From positions 248,001 to 312,000 of the forward strand of contig OZ025800.1 in assembly GCA_964019425.1 (NCBI GenBank): DNA of 64,000 bases, written 5' to 3'. Positions 13,531 to 25,989 of the stretch are shown here, piece after piece. The notes beneath the pieces were generated by a model, which was not told the DNA's origin, ran no database searches, and saw only the letters and a program-made list of their open reading frames with translations. Position 1 is the first letter of the stretch, and the number at the start of each line of letters is the position of its first letter. The position numbers were made by a program, and so were the translations under genes. This DNA is from Flectonema sp. DT1601 (Eukaryota).

Positions 13531-14026
13531 TGCCCGCTTTTTAGTTGCTTCCACTGGGGTAGCACCAAAAACCACAAGGCAAATCCACAGTCAGTCGTTC
13601 TCAGAAGGCAAAACAGTTTTACTTCGTTGAACACACATACAAACAACAACAATTTAAAAAATAATAAATTATAACAACAGACTACTGTCATATAATACAT
13701 TGACTCTGTCCCCTAGAAAGAAGGAAGGCTCGGAAGGCTGCACGTAGTTAGTTTGCCCTATGATACTCGTCGTGAAATAAAAATGTTGTAGTTCAATTCA
13801 TTTCTGTATGGATGATACTTAACACAGAATGAACAGAAAACCTGAAACCTCAGGGAGTAAGCAGGGGAAAAAAAGAGAAAAAAAAAAAAAATCGTTTTAT
13901 AAGATCAATTCGTAACACATTTCACAATTCAGTGAAATATTGTCGCGCGTGACGCAACGTTATCAAACACAGGCACGTTGAGAGACGCGCGCATCAAAAA
14001 AAAGAAAATACCAGTAGTGTTCACAA

Positions 14027-15652
14027 CTATGTAAACACTCCAAAATAAGCACCTAATAAACACAGTACTTGAGCAATACATCCAAATATAAACATAAACC
14101 AACCCGCATAAGCAGGACCTCCGACTAAGCTTCTACGCTTTTCAAGGAGGAGACCGACACCGTCTTCAACGCCACCTTCAAAGTCTGACAAATCATCTTC
14201 AGAATCCGCCTGAGTAGTTCTGTACATGGACTTTGCTTTAATGTTTAAGGCACCAGGAATAACATAGCAAAGACAAGGAGCAGTAAACGCCCCACCAATA
14301 GCAATAACAGAAGTTAGTTTTGTTGACACAAAAGCAACAGTTGCAACTGGAGCAGTAATCGCAATCGTTAGCAACACATGTCTGGTAGTTGATAAGTTCC
14401 CACTCTGTTTTGTTGTCGTGTTTTTTTTATTAAATAACATTTACCCAACTCGTAACAAACAAAACACACCTCCTCCTCTCCGAATAGTACGGTGGCTGCA
14501 CAATACCGAACTGAAAACAATACCAGTGGAAAGGCAAACATCATAACACACGTCTGTTTTTTTTGTTTTTTTTGCTTAGATTTTTAATAAGGTTTTCCCC
14601 CACGATCTAATAAAACATACCATTCCGAGGTACACCAATGTGATGTATGGCTTGCTGGGATCATAACAAGCAAGAATTGAACTGGGGTCTGGACAAAGAT
14701 CCCTCCAAATAGTGTAACCAGAAGTGGCAGCAGCAGTATAAGTAAGACAAGCGATAAACATGGAGATGGCAGAAGACTTGCGAATTTTGTTAGTAGCAAC
14801 GCTTTCTGGGTCGGCAACGCGGACCTCTCTGTAGATTGGAAAGACAGTCATCTGACAACAGAATGAACAAGCGATGATAGAGATTGCTTGCATAAAGTCT
14901 CCAGCTTTACTTCCGAATAGTTTTATGGCATCTTTTGGATGATTCTTACCAACATCAAGTTCATGGCAAGTTCTATGATCCAATTCGGTGTTGTACTTCA
15001 CAGCCATATAAGCGATTGATACGATCACAAAGTAAAGAACAAAAATAACACCAAGCAGTGATGTAAACCAAAGCTTATCAATCTTTCTCAATAGAGAAAG
15101 TGGAACAATAACAGCAGCAAGGGCTACAGACAAACAGATGTCTGGGGAGGCGTGGTTAACACCAATTTGATTGAGGGTGTCGTGAATAAAAGCCTTCAGA
15201 GGAACTAAGAAACATGTAAGAGCAAGCATTGAGCATCCGATCAACATAACTTGAACCCATATTCTACCAGGCTTTCCAAAACAGTGAAAGCCAAGACTTT
15301 CATAAGACTCAGCTCCAGTTATTGTCAGACCGTCAAGTAAGAGTGACATCGATATGTGTGCTAGTGCTGCTGCACATACAAACATTATTGTTCCGCCTAC
15401 TAGACCCGCAAACTCAAAAGTTGCAGCCAACGACAGAATTCCCACACCCATTGTTGTTTGTAGAAGATTAAAAACAATACTCGCAACGTGGATCGGTTTT
15501 AGTGGAGATGCTTTCTTTGATGGTTCTAGTAGAGTGCTGACCTCATCTTTCAGTGTTGCGACAGCATTTACGAATCTCTTACTCGAGCTTTCAGAGTAGT
15601 TCGTCGATTCACTTGCAATGTCACTTTGTGAAGCGTTAACCCGCTCAACCAT
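14027..15652 (-). CDS. Amino acid transporter (Aa_trans/AAAP, SLC38-like); exons 15652-14621, 14553-14470, 14404-14027
   Basis: FNLLQTTMGVGILSL (TM1), SFCCQMTVFPIY, many TM helices; two introns give an in-frame middle exon TCVMMFAFPLVLFSVRY. Confidence 0.9.
14405..14469 (-). other. Spliceosomal intron (65 nt)
   Basis: GTGTGT...AAAACAG; phase 0, restores frame. Confidence 0.85.
14554..14620 (-). other. Spliceosomal intron (67 nt)
   Basis: GTATGT...AAAACAG; phase 0, restores frame. Confidence 0.85.
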
Positions 15653-16657
15653 TTTACTGTTGTTGGGCGGACTGAAATCAAAGTACTTATAATATTTCAG
15701 TAATATAAAATAATGCGAAAAGAGAAAATTTGAAAATTTAGTTTATTGTCAGTTCGGTAAATAAGTTAACCTTGCGACCATCAAAGAATTACCTTATTTA
15801 TTTATTTTTTTTATTTTGCTTGCTCGCTATCGATAGAGAGGATCACTAAATGAAGAATAGTAAACAAATAATGGGTTCAGGCAGGTCATATCTTCTACAA
15901 TCCCTGTAACTTCCATCCGATGACGTTAGTAGTAATTAACAAGTCCAGAACCAATGATTACGAAGGGTCTGAACCACATCAGTGGAGATTGTATTTTTGT
16001 CACTTCGGCTGGAGAGGGATCAAATCTCAGTTGTCAACCTTGCTCAGAGATTAGGTTGAAAAACAGAAATAACGATCTGAAAAGATTGAGAGTAATAAAT
16101 AATAATTATTATTTTTTCCGAGTATATAAGACATTTTTCTCTTCATGAAATAACCACGCTCGTCAATTGCCGCCGCACCACAAAAAAGAACATAAAAAAA
16201 AACCTTGGAAACAGAAATGTTTACTCTCCGTCTCAAAGCATTATATCGTAAGGGGAGGGACTAGCCAAAGCTACAAAAAGACCAGTAACACAAAATAATT
16301 GTACCGGTACGTAAGCAGTAGGATCAAGAGGAATCCACAGTCAGTTTAATGTCGTGCCTGCACTGGACCGAAATAGAAAACGTTTTTTGCAGCACCTTTT
16401 CCATTAATTTCAGCTATTATAGCGGTTGACAGGATTTATCGAAATTGGTTGGTGCATTTAAAAAAAAAAAAAATAGAATTAAATAAAACAACTACATCAA
16501 AAAAAAAAAAAAAAAAAAAGAGAGGATTAACTTCGTACTTTACTTCATTTTCTGAGATCGAGTTCTTCAGACAATATTATTTGAAAACTCAGTATAAGTT
16601 AGTGCGTTGGTTTAACTGTCGAAAAAGATTTTTCTTTTCCCCCACAGAAGAAACAGT

Positions 16658-19288
16658 TCACATATAGATTCCGTAAACCTTCTTGTTGTTGCCGATGCTG
16701 AATGATCCCGATAAGACAGAGCAACTGTGATCAGACCAGACACCGTTCATGTTAACACAATCAGCTACTTCAATTGCATAGTTACCACCATCAACTACAT
16801 ACGATCCGCTTGTTGGGTTTCCATATAAATCTGTCCAAGCAATTGATGTGTCGTATCTTGCCAAGTCGTGTAGATATAACGGAATATCAACATTAACTGA
16901 TTCCCCAGCAGGTACAAACACTTTTGTAAAGGCTCCCATTTCTTTTATGTATCTCACAACTCGGTCTGTTTTCTTAGCGAATGTCGCCATAACGACAGTG
17001 TTTCCGTCAGTCTTACCAGAGTTTTTAACCGTCACGGATATTTTAATAGCGTATTTCCCATCTGATAGAATAGTACCGTTGAGACCTGCTCTAGGAACAG
17101 AGCTGTTGTCAATGTGAAGGTTTGAAAATTCGAAAGTTGTATACGACATTCCAAATCCAAAAGGAAACAGCGCAGTCATTGGTGTTCCATCACCGTTTGG
17201 GAAATAGTTTCTCGGAGACATTGACGAATGTGTTTGATACCAAGGGTTCACAGGTGTGTGGATGTAACCAACCCCTCTTGGCCATGCTTGTGCGAGTTTT
17301 CCTGTTTTTTTTTTTTTTTTGCCGCGTTTCCCCGTTTGCTTTCACAGTATAACTTTAATGGTTTCGTGCACAAACAACAAAATCACTACCGTTTTCATCA
17401 TAATAAAGAAAATAAACACAAAAACACATACCACTTGGACTAACATCACCAAATAGAATATCACCAATTCCATTACCACCTTCTTCACCAGCACGCCATG
17501 AAGCTAACATTGCAGGTACGTTTGTAAGGACTGAGTTGTTAAAACCAAAAGTAACAGGTCTTCCATGAATCAATACAACAACAGCAGGAATTCCTCTTCT
17601 TGAAGTGATGTTTAACACGGCTCTCATTAAATCGAGTTGTCCACCTTCTAAATCTAAGGAAGCTCTGTCACCAATCTCACCGTTTCCACATCTGTTACAA
17701 CAGGTACAAGCCATGGTACCAACAGTTAGAAGTACCGCTGATGCGCTTTCTGCTGCTGCCAGTGCTGCGGTCATGGAAACTGGTGGTGGTCCTCCCCTGC
17801 CTCCATCAGAACCTGGTTGGTTTTGTTTGTAAGATTACTACTGAATGCTCTGCTACATCTTGTCTTTTTAGATAAGAAGTAAAAATACAAACCTTGTTCC
17901 CAAACAACATTAGTGAATCCTCTGTTTACTAAACCATCTTCAACAGTAACAACTTTAGAAGTCAAATCAGGAACTGGAGAGTAGCCTCCATCCATTGCAA
18001 CACGAGCAGCACATTCCGTGTTGTTTGATTTAGAACAACCTCCGTAAGGACCGATCACAGCAATCTTGTCACCTTTTGATAGCATTTTGAGTGGGAGGGT
18101 ACCGTCATTTTTTAATAAAACGGTGCTTTGAGAAGCTGCTTCGCGAGCAAGTCTTTTATGAGCATCACAGTTGATGTTTGGTTTCATAGAAGGGTCTACA
18201 GGATGAGCGTAGTCGAAGATACCACTTGCAAACTTCTTACGTAAAATATTAGAAACAGCTCGTGAAAAAGTTTCATTACTAATGAGACCAGACTTTACTG
18301 AAGCAGCACAGTTTAAGTATGAGGCTCCAGGCATGTCTTGATCAACACCTGCTTCCATAGCAATCTCTGCTGCTTCTGCTACCGATGATGCGAACCCTTG
18401 AAAATAATTATAAAGACCTTCAACATTCGTATCATCTGAACCGATGAATCCATCACGTAGTCCAAATCGATTTCTTAAAGTGTCAGTTAGCATAAGTTTA
18501 TTAGCGTGACATGGTACCCAATCAATCATTTGATGGGCTGCCATCACTCCTCTGCCTCCAGCCTTTGCAAATTCTCTCCAAGGTCTCAAGTATAACTCAA
18601 AACTAGTTCTTATTGTAGGACCTCCACCCATCGGAGTGTAACCATCTTTTGATCCCATTCCATAAAGAGCATAATGCTTTCCCTGAGATGCTATCTTTAC
18701 TTTAGGACTTCCAAGGTACGTCGATGCTCCACCCATTCCATCTTTACCTTGCAATCCAGTTACACTTGCGACACCGTATTCGGTTACGAGGTGCGGGTCT
18801 TCTGCAAAGTTTTCCTCCATTCTTCCAAATCGAGGATCAGTGCAAACCTGAAGAACAGGAGAGAGACCGTGGTCTCCGCCACAGCTGCGAAGTTCCAGGG
18901 CGTTGGCCGATGCGATTAAATTAACCAGGGATGTATTCCAAGTAGCTCCTTGTCCCACAGGCATTGGGAATACTGTTGTGCCGGTTACTCCTCCTGAGTG
19001 TGTTGTCTCAGAGAAAAAAGAAACAGGGATTCCAAGACGAGTTTCGTTTACGAGGAAGCTTTGATACTTGTTGGTACCCTCAGGATCGTATTTCAATACT
19101 TGACAACCACCGATACCATTCTTTGGTGGAGGGTACGTACATGGATTATAACCGAGTTGTGCAATCTTCTCCTCCAGAGTCATGGCGGACATTAATAATT
19201 GTGTTCTCTCATCAACTGATTTTGATGAATCCATCCATGGTCGTTGCAAGGCTGCCAAAATGGCAGGAAATATCAACAGCGACGGCAT
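16658..19288 (-). CDS. Secreted glycoside hydrolase family 3 (beta-glucosidase/xylosidase) with Fn3-like C-terminus; exons 19288-17893, 17812-17432, 17301-16658
   Basis: Signal-peptide-like start; MTLEEKIAQL, TRLGIP, DPRFGRMEENFAEDP, KHY, GFIGSD (nucleophile Asp), VLLKNDGTLPL, SPSGKL, FPFGFGMSYTTF; splicing restores frame across three ORFs. Confidence 0.93.
17302..17431 (-). other. Spliceosomal intron (130 nt)
   Basis: GTATGT...A-run CAG; restores the conserved GH3 segment SPSGKLAQAWP. Confidence 0.9.
17813..17892 (-). other. Spliceosomal intron (80 nt)
   Basis: GTTTGT...AACCAACCAG; gives WEQG-SDGG in frame. Confidence 0.85.
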
Positions 19289-19541
19289 CTATGTGTAGCT
19301 GTTCTTGAAAATAACTTTTTCGTTTCCATTTAACAACAAAGGCTGCTACTTATATATATCACGCACAGCCTTCATTAAACCTGTTAAGAGAGAATGCTCA
19401 TTACAACAACGTGACTACTTAGAAGCTTTCTTACATCTAAACACAATAATAAAGACCACCTTACAAATCTACATAAGAATTCTTAACTTTACAAAAACCC
19501 ACAAGTAGAGTAACTATCCCATCCCTATCAATGTTCATTAT

Positions 19542-21221
19542 TTAAGCATAGCGGCTAGGAGAAGGACCTCTGTTGGAATGTTTTATGGAATTGTGATGAA
19601 TTTTAAAATAGTAATTAAAACAACAAACATACCTCACAGTATGGCGAGCAGGAGGGGTAGGATGGCCTCGCATGCTGTGGAATGCTGTGGCTTCCTGGCG
19701 AAGGCGGGTTTCCTTTTCTTCAAGGGATTCGCGTTGCTCACGAAGACGTACTTCTTGTTCTAGAAGTGGTCTCTCCTGATCTTCTACTTGACGTCTTCTC
19801 TGTGCAGCAGCTTGTCTCTCAGCCTCAATGTCTATGATTTTCTTTTCTTGTTCTTCAATAGCACGTTGAGCTTCCATGTGCGCTACCTGAGCCATTCGTT
19901 CTTGTTCTCTGGCAGATTGGAGTGCCCGCTCGTCTTCTTCGCGATGTTGCTTTTCAAGTTCAACTTCAGAAAGAGCATTATTTACCTTACAGTTGAGTTC
20001 CCTTTCATTAGTTGATTTTTGTTGAAGTTCCAATTCTGCCTGTTGGAGACGGTCAGCTGCGAGTTCTGTTTGACGTTTCTCTTCTACAAGAGCTAAGTTC
20101 GCCTGCTGTTCTCGGTCTCGGGCTGCTTGTAAGTCAGTACCCGCTTCTGATTCTAACCGACGAGCTCTTTCAACTTCTCTCTGGGCTTCTGCGACAGCAT
20201 TAGAGGCCATTCGTTCTCTGTCTTGTGCTTTCGCTTGTTCAGATTCCTGCCATGCTAAGGCCTGCTCTGCCTGATCTGTCTCACGTTGAGATTCATTATG
20301 AGCCAGCACTCGCTGCCTTTCGTTTTCTTTTGCTAAATCCAATTCCTGAGCTTTCTGTGCGCGTTCTCTGACCGCAGATTCCAACTCTCTCTGGATTTCG
20401 AGAAGTTTACTCTTCGCTGCCCTCTCATTCTCAACAGCCTCAGCGAGTGACACTTCTGCTGCACCGACTCTCTTCTCTTGTAAGTTAGTAGCTTGCTGTG
20501 CTTCAATGTGCGCAAGATGAGCACGCTTCTCACGATCTTTGGTAGCGTCAAAGGCTTCGCGAGAAGCGTTGATCGATTGCTTTTGGCGGAAGTCTTCCCA
20601 GTAGTCTCTGATTCGGAAGTAGAGGGAGTCAAGGAGAGTCGGATACATCTCTGCGAATCGCTGGAATTCAGCAAAGTTAAGAACAGAATCATTATTAGCA
20701 TCCGAACGAGAGAATAAATCATTTACTGTTGCCGTAGAAAAGTCGAAGCCATGGACCCGAAAAGCTCTGCTAAATTCATCAGACTCAATGACTCTGTTGT
20801 TGTTGACGTCTAATTCTTCAAAAACAGCCACCACTTTCTCATCATGAGACGCGTTGTCAGCAAGACCAGCTACACCTGTTTGTGAATAACCTTTAGCAGA
20901 TCCATAACCAGTACCAGTTGTAACTGGTGGTTTTATTGGTGGTGGGATTTGTTTTTGAATCTCAACAGCTCCTTTATTAAACACGTAGAGTTGCATAAAA
21001 TCTTTTAACTGACCAGCTTGCGATAAATCTTTCCAAGATTGCAGAGCCTCATCATAAAACTGCATTCTACCTATCGAAAATGGAGCTCCTGGAAACACCG
21101 CTCTGTAAGTGTTTGTTATTGTTGACTCAACCTCTTGCAGACCTGGTTGACAAGGAAATGACACTTCATAATTATGCTTATCACCAGCTACGTCAGCGGC
21201 AGCTAGCAGCGAAAACACCAT
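19542..21221 (-). CDS. BILBO1: BILBO1-family protein (N-terminal ubiquitin-like domain, two EF-hands, long coiled coil); probable in-frame intron 19632-19570
   Basis: N-terminus MVFSLLAAADVAGDKHNYEVSFPCQP resembles the trypanosome BILBO1 NTD; EF loops DVNNNRVIESDE and DANNDSVLNFAE; MYPTLLDSLYFR; C-terminal LLEQEVRLREQRESLE. Orthologue versus paralogue cannot be resolved here. Confidence 0.8.
   Translation of the reverse strand: MVFSLLAAADVAGDKHNYEVSFPCQPGLQEVESTITNTYRAVFPGAPFSIGRMQFYDEALQSWKDLSQAGQLKDFMQLYVFNKGAVEIQKQIPPPIKPPVTTGTGYGSAKGYSQTGVAGLADNASHDEKVVAVFEELDVNNNRVIESDEFSRAFRVHGFDFSTATVNDLFSRSDANNDSVLNFAEFQRFAEMYPTLLDSLYFRIRDYWEDFRQKQSINASREAFDATKDREKRAHLAHIEAQQATNLQEKRVGAAEVSLAEAVENERAAKSKLLEIQRELESAVRERAQKAQELDLAKENERQRVLAHNESQRETDQAEQALAWQESEQAKAQDRERMASNAVAEAQREVERARRLESEAGTDLQAARDREQQANLALVEEKRQTELAADRLQQAELELQQKSTNERELNCKVNNALSEVELEKQHREEDERALQSAREQERMAQVAHMEAQRAIEEQEKKIIDIEAERQAAAQRRRQVEDQERPLLEQEVRLREQRESLEEKETRLRQEATAFHSMRGHPTPPARHTVRYVCCFNYYFKIHHNSIKHSNRGPSPSRYA
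19570..19632 (-). other. Probable in-frame spliceosomal intron (63 nt)
   Basis: GTATGT...CAACAG, AT-rich, stop-free; removal gives ...HTVRGPSPSRYA. Confidence 0.7.
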
Positions 21222-21892
21222 CTCTTGTGTATGAAAATTAAATAAAATACTGAAAAAGTAATATAAAATAAAAATAAAATTTGATAGACGTTTGTGTATT
21301 TAGCTGACTAAGGTTAGCAAACGTTCATCAGTGACCTTCTTCTTGTTTTCACTGAAATCTATAAAAAAAAAGTGAAATTAAACAAAAATAAAAAATGAAT
21401 CACATTATAACATTTATAAAACTACAAATATTTTTAAGAAACGAAAATCTAATTTTTTTTTTTTTTTTTTTTTTTTTAAACTAACAAGGTATACAGCTCT
21501 ACAAAAAAAACAACGAAGAAAAGAGAAGAAAAGACTATCAATAAGTATCTTCTGAAGTAATTGAACTTAAAGGCTAGGTGCCAGTATTCAAAATTAAAAA
21601 GTAACAAAAAAAATAACCTCATGAATACTGCACTGTCTGAGGTAAGAGAAACAATAAAAAAAAATAAAAAAAGAATATTGAAGGAAGACGGAGGAAATCT
21701 ACGAGAATGAAAAAAAAAAAAAAAATTAGCTCCCTTATTTGTTAGTTTCAGGGTAATTAGTATACGGTCTCTCTGGAAGGCTCGTCAGAGGAATAGTGGA
21801 CTCCACGTCCACATCAAATGAAATCCTAAAAATTAGTATCAAAACAAATATTGATCATTCGCATAAAGTACAGTTTACTAAAGATGAGCAGC

Positions 21893-22392
21893 TCATGGAA
21901 TCTGAAGAGGCTGTCTATTAGTTGGTCTCATTCCAGTATGAACTCTCTCTGGAGACATTCGAATACTTCCTTCTGTTGGATCCATTATCGATACTCGTCT
22001 ACTACCACGAGATTGAAATGGATCATTCCCAAGTACATCAACTGGTTTTAACATTTGATCGTTTTGATCTGCTGCAACTGTTTCAGTGAATGAAGGAAAC
22101 TGACGAGGAGGAGGGTGCATTGGTGTGTTTTGATTCGTAATGCGCTGCTGTTGAGGGAACTGCACAGGTGGGAGGGCTGGTCTCTGTTCCAAGACATGAG
22201 GAGGTTGGACATCACCTTCGGGTTGGAAAGGGCCACTAGCTTCAGGGCCGGCAGCTGAATTGTTGTACATCAGTTGCCACATTGTAGGCTGCCCCCCACC
22301 AGCAGGTTGTTGCTGTTGTTGATGTTGTTGTTGCTGTTGTTGCTGCTGTTGTTGATGTTGTTGTTGCTGTTGTTGATGTTGCTGTTGTTGTT

Positions 22393-22423
<31 letters not shown>

Positions 22424-25400
22424 TTGTTGTTGCTGTTGTCCTCCTGCTGCTAATGAAGCAGTGTCCTGCAGCAGTTGCTCATTCTGCGCCTGAAGTCGCA
22501 GGCGGTAATCATGAAAATCTGCTTCGGTCGGAAGTGAAGCTCCTTGCTGCTGCTGCTTCCGTTCCTGTTGTTGTTGTTGTTGATGCTGATGTTGCCGTTC
22601 CTGTTGCTGTAGATGTTGCTGCTGCTGCTGCCGTTGTTGCTGCATCTGCTGCTGCTGTTGTTGCTGAACAGGGGGTGCAGTAGAACTCCTCATTGGCGAA
22701 ATTTGCTCCCCCAGAGCAGGAGCAAGCTGACCACTTTGATTCGACTGATTATGTTGTAATTGTTGAATTACTTGCCTGGCTTCAGCAAGTTGTGAACGAA
22801 GAACACTAACTTCTCCTTCATATTGACCAAACTGCCCTTGGACTTGCTGTAGGTCAACATATTGGCGTTGTAGCTCCATTTTCATTTTCTCTTCAACTTC
22901 AGTGAGTTGGACGGCTTTTTGGGTAACCTCCGTAGTCAATTCTCGTATCCTTTCTTCTAAGGCTGAGTTTTTTTCGGATGCCCCCTGGAGCTGTTGTTGT
23001 AAGTCCGTTAGGTCCTGAGAACAATGCAGCTGTAGACTTGAAATTCGAACATCTTTTTCATGCATTTCTCTCCTCATAGAATCTAACTCAGATTGTGCTT
23101 CTACCTCAGCCGTCCGCAACTTGCGCTTTAGGCTGTCAAGTTCGACTCCCGCATCGAGATTATTTTTAATATCCGACAAGCCAATTCCATCATGGGACTG
23201 GGTTTCTGTTAATATATTTGCTAGCGCTTCCTGCAGTTGATCAGCTCTGTGGGATGCGCGTTCTTGGGCAGCAGAAAGGGTGCTGTTGATTGTTTCCTTT
23301 CGTTGGATTGCTATGTGAGAGTCTTGCCAATCAGATTTGTGTTGTGTTTGACTTAAGTCGTATTGCAGCTGAACTTCCGCGAGTTCGGATTTTGTAGAGC
23401 TTAGCTGCTGAAGCAGATCAGTTATTTCTTTGTGATGAACTATTTTCATTTGTTCCAAACGGGTTTCCTTTATTTCCATCTGTTCTTTACAATAGGAGTA
23501 GAAGTCTTTAACTTCCTGATCATCTCTTCCCTTTCTTTCTTCATAATGACGTCTGTACTCCGATTTAAGTTCAGTAATGAGTTGCTTCATCTCTTCTGGT
23601 GTTGTTTTAGCATCACCAAGTGAAGTAGCTTTTGAGAGATATAATTCTGATAGCGTGTCTTGTTTCATTTCTAATTCTATTGTTAATCGTTGTTGGTTGG
23701 CGAGAAGAGATTGAATTTTTGATTCTTTTCCATCTACTTCTTTTGAAAAATCAGTTATTTTCTCAGATGTAATTTGATACTCAACATCCTTCTCTGCTAT
23801 GACTGTTTGTAGGGAAGTGATGTCGCTCTGATAACGTTTTGAATCCACTGCCAGTCTGTCTATTGATTCTTTCCAGATATTTTCCTTTGCAACCATACTC
23901 TGATTCATATCATTAATAAGATCTGAGTACTGAGATTCAACGTCTTGTAATGATCCCCCACTGCCATCTCTTTCAACCGATAGTTTGGTTCTGATTTCTG
24001 ATATTATTTCAGTAAACTTATCTCTTGATTGAGTGTCTTCATTGTTTTGTAATTGTGTTGCTTTTAGTCTGTTGATGTCTTCAACCTTTTCATCAACACA
24101 TCCAGAAAGTTTTAGAACTGTTTCTTCAAATTGTTTTACAAGAAGGACGTAGTGATCGAGTTTTTGTCGAAGTTCTGCCTTCTCAGGATCTGGTGGAAGT
24201 AGTTTGTTACTGTTGTCAGTAACAACTACAGGAGTAGAATTCACAACAGGTTGTGGCGGAGCTACCGTTTGATGCTGAAGTTGACGTCGTTCCAGCATTG
24301 GAAGGACTTTACCGCAGACGACAGAAACGATATCGTCGGCACGTTTTGCAGATATTTGGTCCAGCGATGCAGGTAATGACTCAGATTTTGAAACACCAAT
24401 TGGAATCCCTGGCGATAACGGATCCGGTATTGGTGTTGTTGGTGAGAGTGGTCTTGATAACATCCCAACACCAGGTGACACTACAGTAGATGGAGGATTA
24501 CTAAAACTAACTCTTCTCGAACCTATTCCTCGAACAGGACTTATTATCGTCCTTTTGGGTGTTGTTGGAATCGGAGGTTGGACGGTGTTTCTCACAATAT
24601 TTTGAACTCTTCCCATCCACATCTCATCACCAGCATCTCCTGGTGGAAAGTCTTCCCTTCTTAAAGAATTAGGCAACGCTGTTAATTGCGAGGTTTGAAT
24701 TTTTACAACCGGGGGAAGTGGCCGCAGCTCAGACGAATCAGTTTGTGTATCGCAGGTTTTCCTTGACGGTGGAGATGAATGCAATGACGCCAACCTCTGA
24801 AGCGGAGTTGGACTCTCCGTAGTGTTCCTTATCACACTCTCAGATTGGTATGTCTTATGAGAAGTTGAACCAGAGCGACTTCTCGAAGCTGAGATAGTTG
24901 GAGCTGAGTTGACGGCGTTGAATGCTTGCTGGCCAAGTGAAATCATTTCAAAACTATTTCCTGGCTGTGGTTTCCTCTCATGTTGTGAGATGTCAGCTGG
25001 GGAAGCGATTCCTGCCTGCTGAGGTCCCATTTCAAATGCACCACCACCAGACTTTTCATTCCTCGGAGGGGAATCATAATCTGTTGGCGACAGAGGAACT
25101 TTCGTTGATGAAGCAACTTCATTACATTGAGGTGATGGAGATCTACTTGTCCCAACTGAAGAAGCTCTACTGAGTTCTACTTCAAACTTCTTTAGCAGCT
25201 GTTCCTTTTGTTGTAATTGTTGACGAAGTCGTTCTTCCTTTTCAATTCGTTGAGACTCGTCGTTTAAAACCATCTTTTCGAGTCTAGCTAATCTTTCTTT
25301 ATAACGTTCTTCTACATCAGTATGTGATGGTTGTGATTGTGACTGAGTATCGATATACTTTCCAACAGATGATATTGTTGTGACAGTAGTATCACTCCAG

Positions 25401-25627
25401 TCGTCTCCAGCTAGTGAACCAGCTCTATATTGTGATGAAGAAGTGTGTGTTTGTTGTTCTGGTGAAGTCGAAACTGTTTTTGATCTAATTTCATCCAACT
25501 CATCTCTCAGTCTGTTTTGCTCTTCTAATTTTGAATGTAATTCCTGTTGTAGTCTGCGAGTGTCTTCAGCAGTCTTGCGACGTTTTCTTCGTTTGACTGT
25601 GCGATCCGTTTTCAAGGAAAGATCCAT
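21893..25627 (-). CDS. Large coiled-coil, low-complexity protein with polyQ tracts
   Basis: 1276-aa ORF from a TTG; the likely true start is ATG 25627, just after a pyrimidine-rich AG acceptor at ~25641. Confidence 0.8.
22306..22670 (-). repeat. CAA/CAG trinucleotide (polyglutamine) tracts
   Basis: Long TGT/TGC runs on the + strand encoding Q tracts. Confidence 0.9.
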
Positions 25628-25989
25628 CCTTTGTTGGTACCTGAGAGAGAGGGAATATATCGTTATCTGTACTGACGGTATCTTTTCAGACTCATTTGAG
25701 GAATTACGATTATTATGAAACAATAATCATATTCGTACACAGCCACGGGACGTTATTTCAAAGGCTAGGAAGGTGTGGCGCGTGAGAAGAACAAATAAAA
25801 GAGGGAGGAATAATTTTTTTTTTTTTAAATATAATCTGTTGAATAATTATCATGTTTGTCTTTTTTTTTGTTTTTTTCTTTTGAAGCTTTCACCTTTTTA
25901 TTTACTCACCCGAAGAGAGTACATAAAACAGAACAAAACTCCACAACATTCAATTAGGCTAGGGAAATTAAAAGTGTAAACTCTGACCA

